DNA of 64,000 nt, from NCBI RefSeq assembly GCF_036453445.1, contig NZ_JAZHUX010000001.1. One strand, written 5' to 3'. The stretch comes from Lactimicrobium sp. GTDB taxonomy: Bacteria > Bacillota_I > Bacilli_A > Erysipelotrichales > Erysipelotrichaceae. Below the pieces are notes generated by a model. That model had not been told where the DNA came from. It made no database searches and saw nothing but the letters and a program-made list of their open reading frames with translations. Positions 1-8,786 of the stretch are shown piece after piece; the stretch's first letter is position 1; the number at the start of each line of letters is the position of its first letter. Made by a program: the position numbers and the translations under genes.

Positions 1-239
1 AAGGCATTGCGCACAAAGCCCCTGCCAAGCACAAAGGCACCAAGCAGATACAGGGTGGTATCAAACAGTGCCGAGGTAATGGAAGGGGATATGCCAAACC
101 AGTGTTCCAGCAGCAGTTCTGTACCGAGCTCACCGCCCTCTGTCACACCGCTCTGCAGATGCACATTAAACAAGCCAAAAGAAAGAATGCAGGCCCCGGC
201 AATCATCACCAGATCATTTTTCAACTTCTTTGTGTCCAT
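1..239 (-). CDS. YitT-family membrane protein, partial (3' end runs off the window)
   Basis: Manual translation from ATG at 239: MDTKKLKNDLVMIAGACILSFGLFNVHLQSGVTEGGELGTELLLEHWFGISPSITS... The N-terminal TM helix and 'xxEGG' motif are typical of YitT. Not in the ORF track because it is truncated. Confidence 0.75.
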   Translation of the reverse strand, partial: MDTKKLKNDLVMIAGACILSFGLFNVHLQSGVTEGGELGTELLLEHWFGISPSITSALFDTTLYLLGAFVLGRGFVRNA

Positions 240-245
240 GCCCAC

Positions 246-274
246 ATTCTATCGCATGTTCACATAATATTCAA
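246..274 (-). promoter_or_regulatory. Sigma-A promoter of the YitT gene (TTGAAT-17-TAGAAT)
   Basis: -35 at 274-269, -10 at 251-246, ATG 6 nt downstream of the -10. Confidence 0.65.
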
Positions 275-276
275 AT

Positions 277-3200
277 TTACGACTTTTTACGATGAGACGC
301 TCCCTTATCGGCATACATTGCCTGATCTGCCCTGCGCAGAAGTTCATCAAAATGATCTGTGGATCCCTTCTGCAAGGCATACCCCATGGCTATGGCAAAG
401 TGCTCCTTCTCACAAGCCTGATGAACCTCATCTATGATCTTCCAGATCCTGCTTTCATCCTCATTTTCCAAAAGCACAAGGAACTCATCGCCGCCCATGC
501 GCACCACATGGTCACAATCCGCATACCGCATCAGGATACTGGCAGCCTGACGGATCAGCTTATCCCCGGCCAGATGGCCTCTGCCATCATTGACATCCTT
601 GAGACCATTGATATCACAGGCAATCAAACCAAAGCTTTCCATCTTTCCATGACGCTCCAGATACTTCTCCAGACCGCCGCGGTTCAAAGCACCGGTCATT
701 GGATCACGTCTTCCTTTTTCCTCAGCATCCACCAGGGTATCCCGGTTCCTGACCAGTGCCGCCAGGAAATCAGTCAGCGTCGAAAGCATACTGCCGGCCG
801 GATGCAGATTGGCACTGTCAGAGTTGATCACCATTGTAAAGCCTCTTGATTTGCCAGATATGACAAGATGGCCGGAAATCAGATTGGCAATGGCAATCGG
901 CGGATGAAAATCAGGATGCTCTGCCACAAAGGCATTCATATCCGGGATCAGCACAACTTTATGAGACTGAAACAACTGATACAGCGCATCCGCATCTTTC
1001 TTACGCATACCCTGCAGCTCTGCTTTCAGCGGCACATCCACACCAGAACACCATTCATAGGTGCAGGCAAGTGTACCATCCATTCTTTCCTCAAAAATCA
1101 GAAAGCGCTCTGCCTGCAGGTGCAGGGAAATCTGTTCCATGGTCTTTTCAATGCCAACAGAAGGATCAGGTTCTGACATACCGATGGCAATGGCATCATT
1201 GGCCCATGTCTCATAGGCAAGCAGATCCTTTGTCATTGTATTTTCAGCCGTCTCAGACGGATTGCCGATACAGAATCTGACGGTTCTGCCCTGCCAGTTG
1301 ATCAGAAGGTTTCTTGTGGAGTAAATATGGGAAGCGGCGTCCATGCGGACCTGACGGGATATTACCGTCTCATAGGAAAGCAGACTGTTGAAGCACCATG
1401 GACAGACAGCTGTTCTGCCTTCAAGGATCTCATAACATTTTCTGCCCGCCACATCCAGATCCTCCGGCAGATTCAGATCCTGCTTCATGGCTTTGTTCAT
1501 AAACAGAATCTCAGTGCTTCTGGGATCCATCAGAATAATTCTCTCCGGTGCTGTATTCAGCACATTGATATCGGCGCCGACTCTGTGAATGCAGGCAAGC
1601 TGCTGATCCAGTGCACTGGCCTGGCGTTCAAAATGTGCCATCCGCTTGAGCAGCAGTTCCATCACGCCGTCAAAATAATACGCTTCCGACCCCATCACAA
1701 CAGCACAATCCAGATCCAGAGAATACTGGGTACTGCTGCTGTGCCAGAGGTTTTTCACCATGTCAGACAATAGATTCGTGACATTGACAAGAGCCTGCAT
1801 ATCCTTCTCTTTGCCCAACAGTAAGAACGAGCAGCCATGCAGATGGGCCGCAATCGTATGCGCAGGCAGATGAATCGACCGGATGCTCTTTGCCATCGCC
1901 TGCATGATCTGCTCACAGAATGTATCTGAAAAATTCCTGCGCAGAGATGCCTCATCGTGCAGACGCAGATAAATGCAGCCATAATTCTCATGCGAAGAAT
2001 GCAGTGCTGAGGCAAATGCCTCCCCGGCCATCATTGCCCCATACGCATTGTATAAACCCGTTTCTTCATCATGCATGAAGATCTCACCGCGGGTTTCCTG
2101 ACACAGATGAATCAGCCCAGCCGTACCGGCAATCCGATTGCCCCGGTACCATGGAAACTCAGAGATCGTGACATACTGCATGCCTTGTTTGCCATTGACA
2201 AAACAGCCGGTATTGCGCGGCTTTCCATCCTGCAGAATCTTATCTTCCAAAGCACGTTCCTGTCTGGCATCAGCCAGCCAGCCTGTTTCCCGTTCCGTTC
2301 TGCCTGCCACATCCGCAAGGCTCTTTTTCTGCAGGCGGGCCAGCATCGTATCATTCATGCCCAAAAAGCGCTGTCTGTCATCTTTCCAGAAAAACGGAAT
2401 ACCGGCGCAATCCAGAAATGCCCGGAACACAGCAAGAGCATCCTCATTCTCATGGCTTTCTGCGTGTCTGTCTGCGAACAGATCAGGTTCCAGGGAATTG
2501 GCAAACACCGGCAAAAGATCCCGGCGGTTTTTCGCCGATTCCCACAGATCCCGTGCCTCACAGACAAGAATGTCCTTTTTCCCGCTGCGGGATACCTGGG
2601 TTGCCTTGAATACAGTCCAATACCAGCAGCCATCATTTGCCTTGATGCGGAATAACGTCTGCACATAGCCGCCCTGGGAAGCCTGAATTTCCATCATCAG
2701 GCTGTCTGGATCCATAAATGCCAGAAAGCGGTCATGATCATCGGGATGCACCAGTCCGCGGCAGTAGGCCAGAATGCCATCCTTCACGCCATGAATCAGT
2801 GTTTCCGGCTTTAACTGCGGATGCACACAGTCAATGATGTCAATTTCATCTTTCTCTGTGTCCAGGCAGTAAATGCCATCATACAGCAGAATCAGATTGC
2901 GGAAGGCCGCATCAAACTGTCTGGTCTTATAGACCTTCTGGTCCATACTGATATTGAGGACGCCCATGGTGCCAGCCCAGAACTGACTGATGCCGGCAAT
3001 ACGGACAGCCTGCATGCGGATGTACTGATCATGATCCACAAATGTAATCACATGATTGTCACCCTCGGACACCTTTTCCAGATACTGCTCCAGTTTGCGG
3101 CGCATCGGGAAACTGCGGGAGGAAAGATCATGGGCAAAATTTTCCAGACTGGTAAAACCAATGCTCTCCAATTGCTCGATAAATGCCTGGTTGCCGGCAA

Positions 3201-4959
3201 AGACATGAATGCTGTCATGGGCATACAGAAAGATACCAATCGGATTTTCTGTGATCAGATCAATCAGGCCGACGGCACCATAGATGGCCGATTCCAGCTC
3301 CGTCTCCATCGGCAGATGCTTTTCCTCAATATACCTGCGGATTTGAAGAATAGGCATCGGCCTGCCGAAATAGAAGCCCTGAATCAGCTCACAGCCGATC
3401 TCCTTGAGAAAATCCAGCTGCTGTTTTGTCTCTACGCCTTCCGCAAGAGTATGCATGCCAAGCCGCTTGGCCATGGCAATAATGCTGGTAATGATATCCC
3501 GGCTGCGGTCATCAAAGTTGCGGAAAAACTCCATATCCAGCTTGATCGTATCAAACATGTAATTATGCAGTGCATTCAAAGAAGAATAGGCAGAGCCAAA
3601 GTCATCCAGCCAGACCTCATAGCCGGATTCATGGAAGCCGTCAATCACTTCCAGCATCCGCTGACGGTTGGAGGCAATGGCACGCTCTGTGATTTCAATA
3701 TGCACAAGACGCCTTGGCACATTCAGCTGCAATGTCAGCTTGTTGAGATAGGCAAGCGGATCCATCAGATCCACATCCTGCTGGGACAGATTCAAAGAAA
3801 CCGGCACAACGGAAAGACCATGTTCGAGGCATTCATGCAGGCTCTCTACAACCCGCTTCATCACATACTGATCGAGCCTTGCAATCTGTCTTGCCTGCTC
3901 CAGCACCGGTACAAAGATGCCCGGTGAAATCATGCCTCTTTCCGGATCATCCCATCTTGACAGTGCCTCAAAAGAGCGCACCGACGAAAAGTATGTATGC
4001 ACCACCGGCTGATAATAAATGCGGATATAGCCCGCTTCCAAAGCTTTATCAAAGTGGCTCAGAATATAGCTGCGCTGCTGGTATTCCGTCTGCATCTGCT
4101 CATCAAAGAAAGCATAGCTGCGGTTACTGTCATTCTTGATCGTCTCACAGGCAATCATTGCCTTTTCAAACAGCATCTGAATTTCATTGGGATCCGGATA
4201 GCTGTGCGGCACAAAAATACCGGCTTTCAATGACGCATTGCGGGTGCCAATATACAGGTTCACCCTGGCACACACATCATCCAGCTTTTCGGCAATCTTG
4301 TTCTGCGGCACAACCGCATGGAACTGATCCGCATTAATCCGGCAGAACAACCCAGTTGGAAAGGTATTCTTCAGTACCGTGACAACATAAGCAAGACAGC
4401 GGTTGCCTGCCTGGGCACCCTTTTCACGATTGAAACCACGGAAATTGGCAATGTCAAAATAGACGGCACAGCAGGTCATCTCTGCACCATCTTCCTTTTT
4501 CTTTTCAACCAGAGCCTCTACCTGACGGGCAAACGCAGATGGACTGACCAGTCCGGTCAGATCATCCTTAGGCTGTTCAAAGCCATGGTCCTGATGGCAC
4601 CACAGCTGCAGCAGATAGCAATTGTATCCAACCGCATGCGGCTGGCAGATTTCACCATAGGCTTCCCGCAGATTCTGATGAGATGTCATAAACTGCAGCC
4701 GCAGCGGAATATTCAGACTGCTGGAGGCATTCACCTGCATGCCGCCTCTGTGGAACATACCCTGCAGACGGCCGCCTGTCCACTTCAGAAAAGAAGGCAG
4801 ATCCTCACATTCATACATATCCAGCACAGCCTGATTGACAAACAGGACCGTTTCTTCCTCATCGTCATCAATCACACAGATACCGACATTCAGTGCATCA
4901 TAGCAGCGATGCATCTCCGCCAGAAACTGTTCCTTCTCTTCCAATAACATCTTGATCAC
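277..4959 (-). CDS. Multidomain c-di-GMP enzyme: PAS-like, degenerate GGDEF, EAL, PAS-like repeats, degenerate GGDEF, PAS, GAF, intact GGDEF
   Basis: EAL motifs FEALSRW, IEITE, DDFGSAYSSL, IKLD, LAEGVE, IQGFYF. C-terminal DPMTG...DINGLK.VND..GH..GD...RMGGDEF. Start is GTG 4959 or ATG 4950. Confidence 0.9.
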   Translation of the reverse strand: MIKMLLEEKEQFLAEMHRCYDALNVGICVIDDDEEETVLFVNQAVLDMYECEDLPSFLKWTGGRLQGMFHRGGMQVNASSSLNIPLRLQFMTSHQNLREAYGEICQPHAVGYNCYLLQLWCHQDHGFEQPKDDLTGLVSPSAFARQVEALVEKKKEDGAEMTCCAVYFDIANFRGFNREKGAQAGNRCLAYVVTVLKNTFPTGLFCRINADQFHAVVPQNKIAEKLDDVCARVNLYIGTRNASLKAGIFVPHSYPDPNEIQMLFEKAMIACETIKNDSNRSYAFFDEQMQTEYQQRSYILSHFDKALEAGYIRIYYQPVVHTYFSSVRSFEALSRWDDPERGMISPGIFVPVLEQARQIARLDQYVMKRVVESLHECLEHGLSVVPVSLNLSQQDVDLMDPLAYLNKLTLQLNVPRRLVHIEITERAIASNRQRMLEVIDGFHESGYEVWLDDFGSAYSSLNALHNYMFDTIKLDMEFFRNFDDRSRDIITSIIAMAKRLGMHTLAEGVETKQQLDFLKEIGCELIQGFYFGRPMPILQIRRYIEEKHLPMETELESAIYGAVGLIDLITENPIGIFLYAHDSIHVFAGNQAFIEQLESIGFTSLENFAHDLSSRSFPMRRKLEQYLEKVSEGDNHVITFVDHDQYIRMQAVRIAGISQFWAGTMGVLNISMDQKVYKTRQFDAAFRNLILLYDGIYCLDTEKDEIDIIDCVHPQLKPETLIHGVKDGILAYCRGLVHPDDHDRFLAFMDPDSLMMEIQASQGGYVQTLFRIKANDGCWYWTVFKATQVSRSGKKDILVCEARDLWESAKNRRDLLPVFANSLEPDLFADRHAESHENEDALAVFRAFLDCAGIPFFWKDDRQRFLGMNDTMLARLQKKSLADVAGRTERETGWLADARQERALEDKILQDGKPRNTGCFVNGKQGMQYVTISEFPWYRGNRIAGTAGLIHLCQETRGEIFMHDEETGLYNAYGAMMAGEAFASALHSSHENYGCIYLRLHDEASLRRNFSDTFCEQIMQAMAKSIRSIHLPAHTIAAHLHGCSFLLLGKEKDMQALVNVTNLLSDMVKNLWHSSSTQYSLDLDCAVVMGSEAYYFDGVMELLLKRMAHFERQASALDQQLACIHRVGADINVLNTAPERIILMDPRSTEILFMNKAMKQDLNLPEDLDVAGRKCYEILEGRTAVCPWCFNSLLSYETVISRQVRMDAASHIYSTRNLLINWQGRTVRFCIGNPSETAENTMTKDLLAYETWANDAIAIGMSEPDPSVGIEKTMEQISLHLQAERFLIFEERMDGTLACTYEWCSGVDVPLKAELQGMRKKDADALYQLFQSHKVVLIPDMNAFVAEHPDFHPPIAIANLISGHLVISGKSRGFTMVINSDSANLHPAGSMLSTLTDFLAALVRNRDTLVDAEEKGRRDPMTGALNRGGLEKYLERHGKMESFGLIACDINGLKDVNDGRGHLAGDKLIRQAASILMRYADCDHVVRMGGDEFLVLLENEDESRIWKIIDEVHQACEKEHFAIAMGYALQKGSTDHFDELLRRADQAMYADKGASHRKKS

Positions 4960-5012
4960 CCGTACAAAGCCTTATCCCCACGACAAAAACAGCAGTCATT
5001 AAATATAGATTC

Positions 5013-5040
5013 ATTGTAACCGGTTCCAGATTAGTGTCAA
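5013..5040 (-). promoter_or_regulatory. Sigma-A promoter (TTGACA-16-TACAAT) overlapped by a cre/LacI-like site TGTAACCGGTTCCA (5015-5028)
   Basis: Read directly from the sequence. The site has one mismatch to TGWNANCGNTNWCA. Confidence 0.6.
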
Positions 5041-5068
5041 TCTGCACCAGCATTACCCAAAATTACGC

Positions 5069-5091
5069 AAAAAAGCAGGACGCTGTCTTGC
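5069..5091 (-). terminator. Intrinsic terminator after the pyrophosphatase gene
   Basis: GCAGGA-CGCTG-TCTTGC stem next to an A-run, which is a U-tract on the minus strand. Confidence 0.5.
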
Positions 5092-5108
5092 CCTGCCCAT
5101 CTCATCAA

Positions 5109-6737
5109 TCACTCTTCAATCACCTTTGTCAGCCTTGGCAGAATCTGCATTTTTCTCGACAATACATCCTTCTGCAGAGTAAACGGGCCATCACTGTCAG
5201 GGAAGGCTTCCCTGCACTTGTCTGCCTTTTCACCCGCCGCAAAGAACACCGTTCCATTTTCCACCACGGATGTAAAAGCCACAACCAGCAGATCCAACCC
5301 CTTCTTTTTCACAAGCAGGTCCATTGCTTTCTGCACAGCTGCCTGCTGTGAAATGGCCATGGAAACCTTGGGTACCAGCACCTGGGAAATCATCGTATGC
5401 ACAGAATCAATGTCATAATACTTGATATCCTGCACAATCTGATCACTCAGGGGCATATCCCCGCTGACACTGGCAGCCGTAAACATCTGCCGGCCGAAGT
5501 CATCAATATCCACATCTGCCACGGCCGCCAGGATATTGGCCACATCACGGTCTTTCTGGGTTGTCGTCGGACTTTGAAACATCAGTGTATCTGACAATAC
5601 AGCCCCAAGCAGAATGCCCGCAATTTCCTTTGGCAGCGGAATCTGATTTTCCCGGAACATAGTCGTAATGATGGTTGCCGTAGAACCGACGATCTCATTG
5701 CGGAAGGATACCGGCTGCTTGGTCGCAAAGTCATTGATGCGGTGATGGTCGATCACTTCCAGAATCACGCCCTTTTCCACTGCCCGTACAGACTGGGAAA
5801 ATTCATTATGATCCACGAGAATCAGTTTCTTGTTGCGGTAATTCATGATGTGATAGCGGGAAATATAGCCAACCAGATGATTGCCTTCATCCACGACCGG
5901 ATAATCACGATACCGGGTTTTCATCATTCTGGTACCGGCATCCTCCACCAGCTCATCCTGACGGAATACCATCGGCTTCTTCATGATCAGCTTCACCGGC
6001 GGTGCCAGAAACAGATAACGGGTCGTATTCATCGAGCCATGCCCGCTCAATACAATCGGACAGTGATACTGCTTCGCAGCAGAAAGCACCTGCGGGGCAA
6101 TCTGCTTTGTCCATACCGCCACCAGCGTACCGGCACCCTTTTCAATCAGATCTTTCTGACTGTCAGGATCATCTCCGACAATCACGATTCTGTCCTTCAC
6201 TTCATAATTCTGTGTCTTGGTCTTGCTCAGAGCGACAATAGACACTTTGCCATTGACATGCACATCAGGATCTTCATATATCACACGGCCATTGATTGCT
6301 TTGGCCAGATGGCTGACATCCGTATGTTTCAACAGCTCAATCTCAGCTGCGGTATCGCCCAGGCCGATATTGGCCAGATCACTGCGGGAAATAAAGCCGG
6401 CAATGGTACGGTCCTCATGCAGCACCGCCACCGAATTGCGCTGGGAGTCCTTCAGAATGCCAACAGCCTCAAAGACAGTGGTGTCCGGGGTGACGGAAAC
6501 TGGCGGATCGATGCAGATCTCACCAATGGTCTTGCGGGCATCCTTCAGCAGCATCGGCACCTCAACATGAAAATGATCCAGCAGGAAGCTGGTCTCATGA
6601 TTCAATTCACCAAGCCGGCATGGAATCGCCCGGATTCCCTGCGCTCTCTTGAAAAAAGCATAAGCAATGGCACTGGCAACCGAATCTGTATCCGGATGCA
6701 CATGGCCAAGCACATACACTGGTTCTTTCTCATCCAT
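5109..6737 (-). CDS. ppaC: Manganese-dependent inorganic pyrophosphatase, family II, with CBS-DRTGG-CBS insert
   Basis: GHVHPDTDS, LVDHNE, IDHH and VGSTATI motifs; about 230-aa CBS/DRTGG insertion; C-terminal SRK. Confidence 0.9.
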   Translation of the reverse strand: MDEKEPVYVLGHVHPDTDSVASAIAYAFFKRAQGIRAIPCRLGELNHETSFLLDHFHVEVPMLLKDARKTIGEICIDPPVSVTPDTTVFEAVGILKDSQRNSVAVLHEDRTIAGFISRSDLANIGLGDTAAEIELLKHTDVSHLAKAINGRVIYEDPDVHVNGKVSIVALSKTKTQNYEVKDRIVIVGDDPDSQKDLIEKGAGTLVAVWTKQIAPQVLSAAKQYHCPIVLSGHGSMNTTRYLFLAPPVKLIMKKPMVFRQDELVEDAGTRMMKTRYRDYPVVDEGNHLVGYISRYHIMNYRNKKLILVDHNEFSQSVRAVEKGVILEVIDHHRINDFATKQPVSFRNEIVGSTATIITTMFRENQIPLPKEIAGILLGAVLSDTLMFQSPTTTQKDRDVANILAAVADVDIDDFGRQMFTAASVSGDMPLSDQIVQDIKYYDIDSVHTMISQVLVPKVSMAISQQAAVQKAMDLLVKKKGLDLLVVAFTSVVENGTVFFAAGEKADKCREAFPDSDGPFTLQKDVLSRKMQILPRLTKVIEE

Positions 6738-6740
6738 AGA

Positions 6741-7220
6741 TCATGCCTCCTGGTCTGCAGATCCCTGCACCAGACCATTTTCCACCAGATGTTTCTGCAG
6801 CGTTGCATAGGTAATGCCAAGAGCAGCCGCCATTTCTTTCTTGGTGATTTCCCTGCGGGCAAGCTGATCACAAAGCTGGCTGAACAAAGCCATATCCAGC
6901 TCCTTGCTCTTGCGGCCCCGCTTCTTCTCTTCTCCCGGCACAACAGCACCTTTTTTCTGGGCAAACAGAACCGTCACGCCAAGATCATGCAGCTTCGCCA
7001 GCAGTTCCTTCATTTCAGAAACAGAAAGACCGCTGCTGTCATACCCCTGCATCATCAGTGTATCTGCCCACGACAAAAGGCCAAGCATCTTCTGCATCTG
7101 CACCCTGGAAGAGCCAACATCCAGAAAAATATCATCCAGATCAATGACTTTTGTAAAAAACAGTTTACTGGAAGTCTCAAAAACTTCATCGTTATCTAAA
7201 ACAGCATATCCGTATCTCAT
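6741..7220 (-). CDS. Degenerate serine-recombinase (resolvase)-like domain plus C-terminal HTH
   Basis: MRYGYAV start and resolvase-like secondary-structure pattern; KKRGRK followed by HTH (TKKEMAAALGITYATLQKHL). Catalytic RVS and DRLxR motifs are absent. Start chosen at MRYGY (7220). Confidence 0.6.
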   Translation of the reverse strand: MRYGYAVLDNDEVFETSSKLFFTKVIDLDDIFLDVGSSRVQMQKMLGLLSWADTLMMQGYDSSGLSVSEMKELLAKLHDLGVTVLFAQKKGAVVPGEEKKRGRKSKELDMALFSQLCDQLARREITKKEMAAALGITYATLQKHLVENGLVQGSADQEA

Positions 7221-7404
7221 TGTGTCTTCACTACGCATATTTTGCGTATTTCTGATGCTATCTTAATACAGAAAATGAGCAGTGCAAAAGAGTTTTTTGT
7301 GTGAAAACACATACATTTGCAAAATGCAGTTTCTAACACGGTATTCATGAAAAGAAGACGTATCAGGTGTATCATTATGCGGTATGAAAAAGGGAGGCAG
7401 TGAT

Positions 7405-8100
7405 ATGAAGAAAATCCCCTTCATCGCCATCTGCACCTGTCTTGCACTTCTGACAGGATGCGGCGGCAATAAAACTGATATTGCAAAACCAACTACAGCA
7501 GTCAGTCCGACCCCAACGGCTACACCAACCCCGTCCCCGACTGAGCTGACCTATGTACAGAAGATGGAAATGCTGGAAATCATCAACAGTGATCTCAACC
7601 AGACCTACGGCACCAAGGCACAGGTATATGCCGACATGACCGCAACAACCTTTACGCTTTCCGGCAGTACGGCAACCGCCAAGGGCACCTACAAGTATCC
7701 AACCACCGCCACGGAGGCAAATGAAAGCTTCACCTATACCTTCAATATTCTGGATGATGGCGACGTGGAGAAGAAAGATGCAGATGTCACCGCATCAACG
7801 CCGACACCAACGGCAAGTTCCTCCAGTGCTTCCACAACCGGCAAGAAAGCAGACTATACGCCAACGGAAAAGTTTGACTTCACCTGCAATTCTTCCATTA
7901 CCGTCTATGGCAAGATGGAAGGCAGCGGCACCTACCGTGCGGATGTAGTGGACAGCGATGGCAAGATTGTCGCCAACGTCTTCAATGAGTCCAGTCCGTT
8001 TGATACGACCAAGACCGTCGATCTGCCCGCCGGATCCTATTCTCTCTGGATCCTTCTGGACAATGCCGGCAACTGGGATCTCAATTACACTGTCAGTTAA
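7405..8100 (+). CDS. Lipoprotein with Thr/Pro/Ser-rich linkers and a C-terminal beta-sandwich-like domain
   Basis: SD AGGGAGG; MKKIPFIAICTCLALLTGC lipobox; PTATPTPSPT linkers. Confidence 0.8.
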   Translation: MKKIPFIAICTCLALLTGCGGNKTDIAKPTTAVSPTPTATPTPSPTELTYVQKMEMLEIINSDLNQTYGTKAQVYADMTATTFTLSGSTATAKGTYKYPTTATEANESFTYTFNILDDGDVEKKDADVTASTPTPTASSSSASTTGKKADYTPTEKFDFTCNSSITVYGKMEGSGTYRADVVDSDGKIVANVFNESSPFDTTKTVDLPAGSYSLWILLDNAGNWDLNYTVS

Positions 8101-8101
8101 G

Positions 8102-8144
8102 AAAACAGCAGCTTTTCCCACCCAAGGAATAAGCTGCTGTTTTT
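8102..8144. terminator. Bidirectional intrinsic terminator
   Basis: AAAACAGCAGCTT / AAGCTGCTGTTTT 13-bp stem between convergent genes. Confidence 0.8.
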
Positions 8145-8207
8145 CTGAAATCAAGATTTTACTTTTGCTCTCTGCCATCACAAAACAGATGTTAGAAGTG
8201 GAACATG

Positions 8208-8768
8208 TCAGAGGATCCGGGCAAGCAGTGCACCGGCAATGGCACCGCCAAGATGTCCCTGCCATGAAATGCCAGGCAGAAAGTTCATGACCAGGTTAAC
8301 AAAGATGGTATATACCATAGCACTGTTATGGGTAATGGCTTCCATGCCATACTTTTGGGCAATCCTGACAATAGCAAATACCATCAGTCCATACAGACCG
8401 GTGGAAAGACCTGCCGCAAGTGTGTGCGGAGCCAGAAGACATACCATGATATTTCCCGCCACAATACAGACAAACAGCAGCAGTCCGAATCTGGCATGGC
8501 CAAGATTGTTTTCCATTGACTGGCCCATACTGATAAACGCAGACAGGTTCATGGCAATATGCCAGAATGACAGATGGACAAAACCAGCTGTCAGAAGGCG
8601 CCACCACTGGCCGCCAAGCACATAAGAGCGGCTGACACCAAGCAGATACGGCATGGGATCATGGCCCAAAGAAGCTGTCTGCATCAGGCCCAGCAGATAG
8701 ACAAGCACACAGATGGCACTGACGGCATAGGTTACGATCGGAATATTTGTGAAGTTATTGTAGTCCAT
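8208..8768 (-). CDS. Rhomboid family intramembrane serine protease
   Basis: QWWRLLTAGFVH.S.WHIAMN; GLSTG (catalytic Ser); ISWQGHLGG (catalytic His). Confidence 0.9.
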   Translation of the reverse strand: MDYNNFTNIPIVTYAVSAICVLVYLLGLMQTASLGHDPMPYLLGVSRSYVLGGQWWRLLTAGFVHLSFWHIAMNLSAFISMGQSMENNLGHARFGLLLFVCIVAGNIMVCLLAPHTLAAGLSTGLYGLMVFAIVRIAQKYGMEAITHNSAMVYTIFVNLVMNFLPGISWQGHLGGAIAGALLARIL

Positions 8769-8786
8769 GCAAAAATCCTTTCCATT

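Noticed and set aside
292-4947. Long plus-strand ORFs (for example 2821..3927, 368 aa; 4318..4947) opposite the EAL/GGDEF gene
   Set aside because: Antisense shadows of a real gene caused by codon bias. No motifs or SD, and the composition mirrors the reverse-complement codons.
5742-7199. 485-aa plus-strand ORF
   Set aside because: Antisense shadow across ppaC and the resolvase-like gene; no recognisable domain.
6741-7220. Active transposon or invertase
   Set aside because: Catalytic Ser and Arg motifs are missing, and there is no transposase, terminal repeat or invertible segment.
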